In this document: positions 36,848 to 46,093 of the stretch, piece after piece | How positions within the stretch are numbered: position 1 is the stretch's first letter | Layout: every line of letters starts with the position of its first letter | Assembly (NCBI GenBank): GCA_964641955.1 | Contig: CAZXNM010000003.1 | Coordinates: 197,813 to 261,812 of the forward strand | Source: an uncultured Planctomycetota bacterium | GTDB taxonomy: Bacteria > Planctomycetota > SKW154 > DAOVDS01 | Direction of reading: 5' to 3' | Length of the DNA: 64,000 bases | Position numbers and translations under genes: made by a program | Notes under the pieces: generated by a model | What the model was told of the DNA's origin: nothing | The model's input: only the letters and a program-made list of their open reading frames with translations | Database searches by the model: none

Positions 36848-37524
36848 TGAGCATCCTCCGTGCGGAAGACCCCTATGACCGTCTCGCCGGCCTTGACTTT
36901 CTGGCCGACTTCCACCTGCAGTTCGAAATCGGCGTCGAGCGGGACGTAGAGTTCCGTACGCGACCCGAACTTAATCATGCCGATTTTCTGCCCCGTGTCA
37001 ATCCGGTCGCCCTCGCTGAGCTTGCATACTATCCTGCGGGCTATAACGCCGGAAATCTGGCGCATCAGCATCTTGCATCTGTCGGTCACGATGCCTATCG
37101 CGTTGGACTCGTTGACCCGCGAGGACTCGGGATTTCCCGCGTTGAGGAATTTGCCCGGCTTATACTTTAAGTATTCCACGGTTCCAGAATACGGGGCGCG
37201 GTTCAGGTGAACGTTGAGGAGAGAAAGGAATATGCCGAGCTTCCGGGCGCTCGTGCCCAGGTAACTATCTTCGTCTACCTGCGTAATCTCAGTAATCTTC
37301 CCGTCGGCGGGGGCAACGACCACCTCGGGGCTGCTGGGAACCGAGCGCTTCGGGTCTCTGAAGAAGAACATGCAGAAGCCCACGAGCCCGGCCGGCAGCA
37401 CGCAGAAGAAATATATCCACCACAGGCCCGTCAGGCAGGCCAGGGAAATGATTCCCGCTGACACCGCAGCGCCGATGAGTGCGCAGATAATAAGTTCCTT
37501 CTTGCCGTATCCCGTTACAGTCAT
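36844..37524 (-). CDS. psd: phosphatidylserine decarboxylase (short archaeal-type proenzyme)
   Basis: Short Psd form with N-terminal TM and FGSRTE (GST-type self-cleavage/pyruvoyl site) near the C-terminus. ATG at 37524. Confidence 0.75.
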   Translation of the reverse strand: MTVTGYGKKELIICALIGAAVSAGIISLACLTGLWWIYFFCVLPAGLVGFCMFFFRDPKRSVPSSPEVVVAPADGKITEITQVDEDSYLGTSARKLGIFLSLLNVHLNRAPYSGTVEYLKYKPGKFLNAGNPESSRVNESNAIGIVTDRCKMLMRQISGVIARRIVCKLSEGDRIDTGQKIGMIKFGSRTELYVPLDADFELQVEVGQKVKAGETVIGVFRTEDAQ

Positions 37525-37718
37525 GACATCCTCAACACGTTTTCTGGAATTGTAGAAAGGGTGGTGATGGATTGTCAAGGTTTTTCACCGACATAACCCG
37601 GGTGATTTGCGAGCAAAGAATCAGCCCGGTGGCAACGCTCCTTGACTCACGTTCGCATTATGGCGTATATTCTTCAGAAATTCGCACGTGCCGCCCGGAG
37701 GTTTTTGCCATAACACGG

Positions 37719-38438
37719 TTGCCGGAATCTACGGTCGTGGTGCCCACGTACAACGAGAGGGACAACATCGAACGCGTTGTGCGTGAGCTTCTCTCGCTGT
37801 CTCCCGATATCTCGGTAATAGTCGTTGACGACAATTCGCCCGACGGGACGGGCGAATTGGTTTCCGGGCTTGCCGCGAAGGAGCCCCGGCTTGACATCCT
37901 GCTGCGTTCCCGCAAGGGCGGGCTCGGCTCGGCTTACCGCGAGGCGTTCGCGCGAATCCTGTCGCGCGGGTCGAGCAAATTCATCCTCGAGATGGATGCC
38001 GATTTATCGCACGAGCCTGCCGCGGTCCCTGAGCTTATCCGGACGGCGCAGGGCAGGGGGGCGGACCTCGTCATAGGGTCGCGATACGTGCGTGGCGGCG
38101 AAATCAAGGGCTGGGATTCGAGAAGACTTTTTCTTAGCGGCTCCGCCAACAGGCTGTGTTCTCTGCTTCTGGGCAGCCGCGTCAAAGACTACACGGCAGG
38201 CTTCCGCTGCTACAGGACCGAATCACTCCGCCGTATCGAGCCGGGCCGGATGCGCTCCGAGGGCTATGCCTTTCAGGTCGAGATGACCTTCGAGGCGCTC
38301 AGGAGGGGAATGACGGTAGTTGAAATGCCGATTGTATTCTCGGAACGGGCCGGGGGAGTGTCGAAATTCGGACCCGGAATCGTGGCGGAAGCGGCCGCGT
38401 TATTGGTATTGCTTTTTTTCAGACGTCTGATAGTATAG
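37719..38438 (+). CDS. GT2-family polyprenol-phosphate mannosyl/glycosyl-transferase (Dpm1-like)
   Basis: VVVPTYNERDNI, VIVVDDNSPDGT, DADLSHEP and a C-terminal TM. Start set at the in-frame TTG at 37719; the ORF is open from 37572. Confidence 0.7.
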   Translation: MPESTVVVPTYNERDNIERVVRELLSLSPDISVIVVDDNSPDGTGELVSGLAAKEPRLDILLRSRKGGLGSAYREAFARILSRGSSKFILEMDADLSHEPAAVPELIRTAQGRGADLVIGSRYVRGGEIKGWDSRRLFLSGSANRLCSLLLGSRVKDYTAGFRCYRTESLRRIEPGRMRSEGYAFQVEMTFEALRRGMTVVEMPIVFSERAGGVSKFGPGIVAEAAALLVLLFFRRLIV

Positions 38439-38466
38439 GAAGAGATAACGTATTACCGAGGCGGAG

Positions 38467-38955
38467 ATGAAACTCTCGCAGGCCCTTTCGGAAAACCTGA
38501 TATTCTGTCATCTCAAGGGGCAAACCAAGGAAACCGCCCTCAACGAGATGATAAGAGGGCTTGTCAGGTCGGGCAAGGCCGCGGACGAGAACGCTCTCCG
38601 GGAAGCGGTGCTCGGCAGGGAAAAGCTCCAGAGCACCGGCATAGGCGGCGGAATAGCAGTCCCGCACGGAGTTACCGGAACGGTGCGCAGCCTGACTTGC
38701 GCGCTGGGAGTGTGCCGCGATGGCCTCAAGTACGGTGCAATCGACAAGCGGCCCGTCCACCTTGTTTTCATGTTTGTCAACAACAAGGCCCGCGACGTCC
38801 AGTATCTCGCTCTTCTGGCTTCGGTCTGCCGGCTCTTCGACGACAAGCTGTTCTGTGAAAAGGTCGTAGAATCGACGGCGCCGGACGGCGTCCTCGATTT
38901 GATCAGGGAGCGGGAAGCCAGCGAGTACGAGTACATGCGCAATCTGCCGACCTAA
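38467..38955 (+). CDS. PTS EIIA-type (fructose/nitrogen, PtsN-like) regulatory protein
   Basis: GIGGGIAVPHG active-site His context. About 160 aa. Confidence 0.75.
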   Translation: MKLSQALSENLIFCHLKGQTKETALNEMIRGLVRSGKAADENALREAVLGREKLQSTGIGGGIAVPHGVTGTVRSLTCALGVCRDGLKYGAIDKRPVHLVFMFVNNKARDVQYLALLASVCRLFDDKLFCEKVVESTAPDGVLDLIREREASEYEYMRNLPT

Positions 38956-41900
38956 GGCAGGTCCCCGCCTTCGGGAGCTTCGGAATACCAGAAGAACGCG
39001 CCTGAAAGCACCGTCTGCCTTGAGTCCGGCGGCAGCGCTTCGAGCACGAGCAGGAACGATTTCTCGAAGACCATGGCATCCGAAGCGTAAAACCTGTACT
39101 GAATGGTCGTAGCTTCATGCTTCTGGAGGAGGCCCGACATGGGAAGGGTGAAGGGACCGCCTTCGTAGAAGTTCGCGCCGCCGAAGTAATCGTCAATGCC
39201 GGTGGAGTGCATCACGGACCTGTCCGTCGAATCCGCGAAAGCCATGATGTCCGAGTCGAGGTATGAAATCTCGCCCAGCGAGTCGAGGCCGACCATGCAG
39301 CCGACGTAATGGCCGGCTCCCTTCACCGAAAGGAGCCGTATGCTCTCTCCCGGTCCCGCGATGGCGGTTCTCGAGTGGCAGCAGAAATAGCGCTCCGCCC
39401 GTGTGCCCCGGGGAAGCCTGGTAATGCATGCGCGGACCGTTGCCCTCGCAATGTCGGAGCCCCTGTTCGTGAGCACAATCCTGGCAGACTTGGTGAAAGG
39501 CATCGGGTAGTGAATGTATCCTTCGGTGCCGCTGAAGCCCGCGGTCAGCCCGAGCCATGGGAAGGTTCCACCTTTCTGGCCGAAGATGTCGGCCAGCGAA
39601 GAGCCTACTCCCGCCGTCTCGGACCCATCCCAGTAAATCTGAAGGATAATCTGTTCCATATCCTCGCGCTTCGCGCATTCGACTCTCAGGCATTTGATAA
39701 CGGCGGGGCCTGTAAATGTAATTACTTCGGCTTTTCCGCCGGGAGGGAGTATGGTTTCTTCCAATTCCTTCGCGCCGGGGCAGCCCGAGTGCATGTTACC
39801 CGCGTCGCGGCCGAGCCGCACGGCCAGGGTCGCAAGTTCTCTCTCCAGCCCTTTCAGGATGTTCATTGTCGAGTTCCGTATCCCGGCAGGGGATTCGTGA
39901 AGACAGTAATCCACCTGGCAGAACCTGGGTGTACCTACCGTTGCGATTACGAGGCGCTTCGAGAACCATATCGGCACGGAAGATACGGAGCCGCCGCCGG
40001 AGGCCTTGCCCGAGGCTACCAGAGGATGCCTGAACGGGAACGAGTTGCCTTCGAACATCTCTTCGGGCGTTACATCGATGCCCGGCTTACTCTCGTCATC
40101 GAAGTAGAAGCGTATGCGCGACACCTTGTCGGAACCGCCCAGGCGCAGCCAGAAACGCCGTATTACTCCCGGACCTTCCGCGTCGAATATCACGTATTCT
40201 CCGTTGTCTTTCCTGTAAAGGTATGAGCTTGTGCCGGAGAAGCCGTCATCGTTGTCGCCGCTCCTGTCGTGCGTTCCGTAGCTCGCGCAGCGCGTGCCGA
40301 GCCTGCCGGCGAGGCCGTCGAGTTCGGTCATTGCAACCGGGTTGTCCGGTCCTATCGGCTGGCCTGGAGGCGGGGGCATGTCAGAAAGCTGCTCGACCAG
40401 GACCGCGCCTTCGTCGAGCGGCACGCTGATTTCTCCACCGGTAGCCGCCGTTATGCTGCTTCGGAAATTGCCGAGGGCATCCGGAACCATCCTGGTAATC
40501 CTGGCATACGGCGATTTCACCTTCAGATTTGCCGTTTGTCCCGGTTTCTCGGCCCACGCCATGAATACTGGCTGCTTTTCCGAAGGAAAGCTTGTTACGG
40601 CGACGCCGTTTGAAGACGAGTGCATTCTGGCCCGTCCGAGGTCGCAGTTGCCGAGAGCGTGAATAAGCAGCGAAGATACGTGATAAACCGGCCTGGGCAT
40701 GCAGTCGCTGGTCAGGAGGCCGTCGAGAGCGAATGTCCCCTGGCTGCCGCGCAGGGGAGAATCCTTGAGCGGACCGAAAATCACAACTGTGACGCCCGCG
40801 TTAGCGAGCAGCGACAGACAGGCCGGAAGCTCGGTCGCTTTTTTCAGGGAGCAGAGATAGTCGCTTTCAAGCCGTGCGGTGGTGCTTCTGGCTCCGATTG
40901 CACCCTGGCCGAGCTGCGTGCACCAGAGCAGCGGCGGCTTGGCTGATGCCATCCTGAGAGAGCGCACGAACTCGGACAGCTCGGTCTTGAGCGATTCCGG
41001 GGAGAGGTTCGAGGAGACCGAGATGCCTTCGACCATGTCTCTCAACTGCTTCCCGTCCGCGAACCTGTGCAGGATGAGCGACTCGACGGCGCCCGCCGTG
41101 CCGTACCAGCGCCTGTCCCCAAGAGGGATAGGCCCCATGAAGAGCTTGACGGATGCGTCCCTTCTCCTGACCGTCGCTGCCGCCTCTTCTATCACGGCGG
41201 CATATTTCTTGTACGACGCCACCGGGTCTGTGCCGGGGTCAAGCGCGATTTCCAGGAATCTCGCCTTCGCGCCCTCTCCTTTCAGGGCGGTGTTCAGAAT
41301 GCGCTCCAGTCCCAGGGCCACCGTGCCCGCCCTCTCGAGCAGGTTGCTCGATATTTCCAGGCGGATAATTTGTTCGAGTCCCGCCTTGTCGGCGAGCATC
41401 TGGTGCTGGCGCAGCCTGTTGCGCTCGGTCTCGTAGCTGTCTTCCCAGGCGGCGCTTGACGTGCAGTAAATGACCCTGCCCGCGCCCGAGGACGTTATCT
41501 GCCTGTAGTTGATTTTCCCCGTCTCGGCAGAAACGGCTATTCCGAAGTTCCAGCTCCCCTCGGAGTCGCTGGGCATCCAGGGAAGAATCGTGCTGCGCTC
41601 GTACAGGTTCCAGAGCGAGACGAATCTCGCCGTGTCTATATCTTCGAGCATGAGGCGCGTGCGCTCGGCGAGATTCCGGGCCAATGCGGCGATGTCTTCC
41701 TGCCTGCCTGAAATTGCAAGGTTCCGCAGCCTGACCAGCGAGCTTTCTCCCAACTGCTGCTCTATTTCCGGACCGTATCCCCTGTCGGCGACGGCCGCCG
41801 CGGCCAGAGCAAACTCCTGCAGGCTCTTTCCAGCCGGGGACTCGCCCGCTTCCGGCAGCTTCCCGAGGTATCGCAGAGTCTTCCCCGCTTCCTGAGCAAT

Positions 41901-42671
41901 TTCCCTGTCTTCTTCGCTCAGCTTCAGTACCAGGGGAGGTATGTCCATGATGTTTGCGATGCAGCCGAAAGTCTGGCAGGCCCTTAGCCTGATTTCCCTG
42001 TCCGGGCTGTCCATGGCGCTTTCGAGCAGCGGGCGCAGGTCACGCCGTCCCGAGAGGATGGCATTTTCCCTCAGGTAGGAGAGGGCCGTAATGGCGGTCC
42101 TGCGGGTCTGCGTCTTGCCGGCGTAATAGCTGCTGACCAGGTAATCAACCGTCTCGGATTTGGGGTTGGCGTTGAGATAGTCGTATGCGAGCGCCCACCT
42201 GCTCGAATCGGCTGACAGCACCATTGAAGGGTCGAGGAACAGAAGCAGCCCCCGGTCGGCGCTGTGGTCCGCAAGCAGTTCGAGCAGCTTGTCCTTCAGC
42301 TCCTTGTCGGTCGAATCGCTGTGCCACAGATGCAGGTAAACCGTTATCAGTTCTTTCTGGTCGGACTCGAGAAGCCCTTCCACGGCGAGGTCGCGAAGCT
42401 GAGGGTCCTTGATGAACGACCTGAAAAAGACGTGTCTCGCCTCGCGGGGACGATTATTGATAAACCAGCGGAGAGCCTGCGTTCTGGTTTCGCTGGCCCC
42501 GTATTCGGCCTTCAGTGCGCGAATCTGAAATCCTATCCATTCGCGTTGGAAGAAGGCGATGATAATCAGAATAAGCAGGACTGCAAGCAGCCACTTGAGG
42601 ATTCCCCTGCGCTTCTTGACGTTCTTTGGGGGTATGTGGAATTTCGTGCGCGTCTTCTCGGGCTCGTTCAT
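38952..42671 (-). CDS. large membrane-anchored multidomain protein (N-terminal TM, HEAT-like repeats, central glycoside-hydrolase-like region, C-terminal beta-sandwich possibly DUF2961/GH172-like)
   Basis: 1239 aa. TM ILKWLLAVLLILIIIAFF, then alpha-solenoid repeats. C-terminal half has motifs GPGVIRRFWL and GIDDYFGG...YRFYASDAMVF. Domain calls are tentative. Confidence 0.55.
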   Translation of the reverse strand: MNEPEKTRTKFHIPPKNVKKRRGILKWLLAVLLILIIIAFFQREWIGFQIRALKAEYGASETRTQALRWFINNRPREARHVFFRSFIKDPQLRDLAVEGLLESDQKELITVYLHLWHSDSTDKELKDKLLELLADHSADRGLLLFLDPSMVLSADSSRWALAYDYLNANPKSETVDYLVSSYYAGKTQTRRTAITALSYLRENAILSGRRDLRPLLESAMDSPDREIRLRACQTFGCIANIMDIPPLVLKLSEEDREIAQEAGKTLRYLGKLPEAGESPAGKSLQEFALAAAAVADRGYGPEIEQQLGESSLVRLRNLAISGRQEDIAALARNLAERTRLMLEDIDTARFVSLWNLYERSTILPWMPSDSEGSWNFGIAVSAETGKINYRQITSSGAGRVIYCTSSAAWEDSYETERNRLRQHQMLADKAGLEQIIRLEISSNLLERAGTVALGLERILNTALKGEGAKARFLEIALDPGTDPVASYKKYAAVIEEAAATVRRRDASVKLFMGPIPLGDRRWYGTAGAVESLILHRFADGKQLRDMVEGISVSSNLSPESLKTELSEFVRSLRMASAKPPLLWCTQLGQGAIGARSTTARLESDYLCSLKKATELPACLSLLANAGVTVVIFGPLKDSPLRGSQGTFALDGLLTSDCMPRPVYHVSSLLIHALGNCDLGRARMHSSSNGVAVTSFPSEKQPVFMAWAEKPGQTANLKVKSPYARITRMVPDALGNFRSSITAATGGEISVPLDEGAVLVEQLSDMPPPPGQPIGPDNPVAMTELDGLAGRLGTRCASYGTHDRSGDNDDGFSGTSSYLYRKDNGEYVIFDAEGPGVIRRFWLRLGGSDKVSRIRFYFDDESKPGIDVTPEEMFEGNSFPFRHPLVASGKASGGGSVSSVPIWFSKRLVIATVGTPRFCQVDYCLHESPAGIRNSTMNILKGLERELATLAVRLGRDAGNMHSGCPGAKELEETILPPGGKAEVITFTGPAVIKCLRVECAKREDMEQIILQIYWDGSETAGVGSSLADIFGQKGGTFPWLGLTAGFSGTEGYIHYPMPFTKSARIVLTNRGSDIARATVRACITRLPRGTRAERYFCCHSRTAIAGPGESIRLLSVKGAGHYVGCMVGLDSLGEISYLDSDIMAFADSTDRSVMHSTGIDDYFGGANFYEGGPFTLPMSGLLQKHEATTIQYRFYASDAMVFEKSFLLVLEALPPDSRQTVLSGAFFWYSEAPEGGDLP

Positions 42672-42719
42672 TGCAGACCTGAAAACACGTGGCGGCCGGA
42701 AGGCGGTTCCTGGAATGTG

Positions 42720-43451
42720 CTACCTGCCGTACTTGAGCCGCTCGCCCAGAATCTCCGGCAGTCCGGCACCCACAATCTTCTTGACCGCCGACTCAATATC
42801 GTACTCGGTGCGCTTTATCCAGACCTTCTTCTGTTCTGAATCATATATCGCGTAAGCGGCCTTTGGATTGTCATCTCTCGGCTGGCCGACAGACCCCACG
42901 TTTATTATCGCCTTGACGCCGGGCTTGAGTTCTATCTCGGGCTCGACCGAGTACGTGACCGCGTCGTCGAGGAAAAAGCTGATGGGCACGTGGCTGTGGC
43001 CGACGAAACAAAGCTGATTCTCGAGCACCTGCAGGCTCAGGTATGCATCGAACGTCGTCTGGATATAATCGAACAGGGCTGGGGCGTACAGAGTCCCGTG
43101 GACGACGGTGAAATCATCAATTTCCTCCACCAGCTTCAGGTCCTTGAGATACTGCTTGTCGTCGTCCGTGAGCTTCTGGCGGGTCCAGAGCGTAGCTTCC
43201 TTGGCGTATGCGTTAAAGAACTCGATGTTCGTCTTTTCGATGGTTGCGAAGTCGTGGTTGCCCGCTACGCACGCGACCGCAATCTCCTGTATCTTGTCAA
43301 CGCAGCGGTCCGGTTCAGCGCCGTAGCCCACGATGTCGCCTACGCAGACGTACTTGTCGATGTTCTCGCCTTCAAGCTCCTTCAGCACCGCCTCAAGAGC
43401 GTCGTAGTTGGCGTGTATGTCGCTGACGACAGCGTAACGCAATCGATACAC
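42720..43451 (-). CDS. metallophosphoesterase (calcineurin-like, YfcE/MJ0936-type)
   Basis: VSDIHAN, GDIVGYG, GNHD and GHSH metal-ligand motifs. A TTGACA-N17-TAATTT candidate promoter lies just upstream on the minus strand (about 43455-43490). Confidence 0.8.
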   Translation of the reverse strand: MYRLRYAVVSDIHANYDALEAVLKELEGENIDKYVCVGDIVGYGAEPDRCVDKIQEIAVACVAGNHDFATIEKTNIEFFNAYAKEATLWTRQKLTDDDKQYLKDLKLVEEIDDFTVVHGTLYAPALFDYIQTTFDAYLSLQVLENQLCFVGHSHVPISFFLDDAVTYSVEPEIELKPGVKAIINVGSVGQPRDDNPKAAYAIYDSEQKKVWIKRTEYDIESAVKKIVGAGLPEILGERLKYGR

Positions 43452-43778
43452 CTCTAATGCAGAAACATAGGCAGTCTAAATTACCCCGTTCGACCGTCAT
43501 GTCAAGGCCAAAGTCTAAAAATCTCGACCCGGGGTTCAAGAAAAAACCTCCACTCGGGTGCCGTATGGCGGGGTGTTTGGAACCCGTCTTCAAAGTGGGT
43601 ACCTATCCGCGCTTGCAAAACGTCCCGCCGTAAGGCAGGCATGTCCGCAGCTTCGGAAACCAGTTCCCCGGGCAACCTTGTCGGTTCACAAAATCGCCAG
43701 CCAACTACGGGCACAGCAGAGGTTTTCTCTATATCAAAGAATAGCCCGGGGCGGGCCAAAAATCAAGTCGAATCCTGT

Positions 43779-45785
43779 CTATTTCCTCAGCCGGGCGCTG
43801 AAACGCTCTTCGAGGCGAGCGGCTATCTGCCCGATAAGCTCATCGACTTCCTCGCCTCTGAGCGTCCGCTCCGGCGACTGGAATTCGAGCGAAAAGGCGA
43901 CCGACTTCTTGCCGGGCGGGAGCTGGCTGCCCCTGTAAACGTCGAACATCTTTACGCGCAGGAGCAGCTCAATGCCCAGACCTGCAATATCGTCGTGCAG
44001 TTCCTGCCACAGCACCGTCTCATCCACCACGACCGCCATGTCTCGCAGCACTTTCGGAAATCTCGGAATGGGCGTGAAGGCGACCTTGTCCTTCGAGAGA
44101 GAATAGAGGAAATCGAGGTCTATCTCGCATACGGCACACGTGTATTCAATGCCGTAGTGCCCGGCGGTTTCCCGCGAGAGATTTCCGAGAAACGCGAAGC
44201 TTCGCCCTTCGAGCGCGGCGGATGAGGCCTGGCCCGCCTTCAGGGTCGCGTGAGAGTATTCGCCGAACGATGCTCTGCCGGTGCGCAGGCTGTCGAGAAG
44301 CGCCTCGAGCGTACCCTTCGCCGCCGGGTAGCCTTCCGGGCAGAGGAATGCCAGGGAGTGCATCTCCTGCGGAAGTTTTTCCGAGCGGGGGAGATAGACG
44401 ACCGACACTTCGAACATGCCGGCCCCGCCCTCCGCCGCCGCACCGCTTGCGCGGAAAGCATCGAGCATGTTGGGGACGAGGCTGCACCGCAGCAGCGGCC
44501 TCTCGACCGTCACGGGATTCCTGACTCCGAGCGGCTCGCCCGCGTCGAAGAAGCTCATCCTGCCCGCTGGTGAATCGGTGATGAAAGAGTCCGTGAGCAG
44601 CTCGTAGAAACCGAAGCCACTCATGCATTCCCTGACGGCGGCGAGAAATCGCTGGCGCGGTTCGAGCTGCAGGTCGCTCGATGGAATCTCGACGAGCGGC
44701 ACGCGGTCGATGCCCTCGTGCCGGAGAACCTCCTCGACGAGGTCCGCTTCCCGCGCTATATCCGACCTTCGCGGAGGAACCGACACGGTTATTGCCTTCT
44801 TTGTGCGCTTCTTCGTTTTCAGGCCGAGAGATTCGAATATTTCGACCGCCCTGTCGGGAGCAACGTCGTATCCAGTCAGAACGGGAATTCTCGCAAAGCG
44901 CAGCTTCGCCTCGCCGTATTTGATTTTCTGAACGTTTACATCTGCTGGCTCGCGCGAGAGCTTTCCTCCCGCAAGCTCGAGTACGAGGCGTGCGCATCGC
45001 ATGCTCGCAGGCATGACAAGTTCCGGGTCCACACCTCGCTCGAATCTGTACGAGGCGGCGCTCTCGAGTAAAAGTTTTCGCGACGTTGCGCGCACGCTCA
45101 GCGGCTCGAAGTACGCGCTTTCGAGCAGGATGTGCTTCGTTCTTTCGGTCACCTCGCTGAAGAGCCCGCCCATTACTCCCGCTATGGCGACCGGCTCGCG
45201 GGCGTCGCATATCGCGAGCATGTCCGGGGCGAGCTGGTAGCTCTTGCCGTTTATGGCGGTTATCGACTCGCCTTCCCTCGCGCGCCGCACGACTATCCTG
45301 TTCTCATTGAGCTTGTCGTAGTCGAACGCATGGAGCGGCTGCCCGAACTCCATCGTCACGAAGTTGGTGGCATCGACCACATTGTTCACAGGTCGCACGC
45401 CGATGACCTCGAGCCGCTGCCTGAGCCAGTCCGGTGACTCCCCGATGTCCACGTCAAGGATTATCTGCGCGGAATATCGCGGGCAGAGGTCGGCGTCCGG
45501 GATTTCGACCGAGGTGTACCTGGCCGTTTCATCCCCTTCGGCGTCGGCCTTGAAATCGGGGAATTTCAGGGGCGAGCCGCACGCGACCGAAACCTCGCGC
45601 GCCACCCCTATAATCGAGAGACAGTCCGGGCGGTTGGAAGTCAGCTCAAGCTCGATGCACCAGTCGTCGCCGACCTCGGCCAGCCGCTCGACCTCAAGCC
45701 CGATGAAAGTGAGCTTCTCCGCAAGCTCCTCGGGCGAGTAGTCGAAATCGACCAGTTCCTTGAGCCATTTGTAGCTGACGTTCAA
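43779..45785 (-). CDS. pheT: phenylalanine--tRNA ligase beta subunit
   Basis: MNVSYKWLKELVD N-terminus, B3/B4 and B5 domains, about 668 aa (short form lacking the N-terminal tRNA-binding domain extension). Confidence 0.9.
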   Translation of the reverse strand: MNVSYKWLKELVDFDYSPEELAEKLTFIGLEVERLAEVGDDWCIELELTSNRPDCLSIIGVAREVSVACGSPLKFPDFKADAEGDETARYTSVEIPDADLCPRYSAQIILDVDIGESPDWLRQRLEVIGVRPVNNVVDATNFVTMEFGQPLHAFDYDKLNENRIVVRRAREGESITAINGKSYQLAPDMLAICDAREPVAIAGVMGGLFSEVTERTKHILLESAYFEPLSVRATSRKLLLESAASYRFERGVDPELVMPASMRCARLVLELAGGKLSREPADVNVQKIKYGEAKLRFARIPVLTGYDVAPDRAVEIFESLGLKTKKRTKKAITVSVPPRRSDIAREADLVEEVLRHEGIDRVPLVEIPSSDLQLEPRQRFLAAVRECMSGFGFYELLTDSFITDSPAGRMSFFDAGEPLGVRNPVTVERPLLRCSLVPNMLDAFRASGAAAEGGAGMFEVSVVYLPRSEKLPQEMHSLAFLCPEGYPAAKGTLEALLDSLRTGRASFGEYSHATLKAGQASSAALEGRSFAFLGNLSRETAGHYGIEYTCAVCEIDLDFLYSLSKDKVAFTPIPRFPKVLRDMAVVVDETVLWQELHDDIAGLGIELLLRVKMFDVYRGSQLPPGKKSVAFSLEFQSPERTLRGEEVDELIGQIAARLEERFSARLRK

Positions 45786-45787
45786 GT

Positions 45788-46066
45788 TTAGTCTCTTTCT
45801 CTCTCGAGGAGTATGTGCGTCTTGCGGGTATTCTCCTCCATATCAATAAAGAGGTGGATAATCTGGGCGGCGGCCCAATGCAGTATCGCTGCCGCTATCC
45901 CTCCGAGAATCATGAGCAGGCCGTTGGACGTGCCTCCTGCGCCCTTGGCGCTCAGGACGGATATGCCGCTCAATATCCCGCCAATAAGGAAAAGAAGCCC
46001 TACAACCCACAGAACGGTCGTGATAATCCTCAGCGAACCGTATTTCTTCTCGACAGAAATACCCAT
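45788..46066 (-). CDS. small two-TM membrane protein inserted between pheS and pheT
   Basis: 92 aa, two hydrophobic helices, co-directional. 2-nt gap to pheT and 27-nt gap from pheS. Confidence 0.4.
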   Translation of the reverse strand: MGISVEKKYGSLRIITTVLWVVGLLFLIGGILSGISVLSAKGAGGTSNGLLMILGGIAAAILHWAAAQIIHLFIDMEENTRKTHILLERERD

Positions 46067-46093
46067 GTCGTAACCTCCCGCAAACAGGGGTTA

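Noticed and set aside
35981-36850. 289-aa plus-strand ORF
   Set aside because: Antisense to pssA, which has the CDP-alcohol phosphatidyltransferase signature. Spurious.
43520-43560. tRNA-like GGTTCAAG T-loop motif
   Set aside because: No complementary T-stem, acceptor stem or anticodon arm could be built. No tRNA genes were found in the window.
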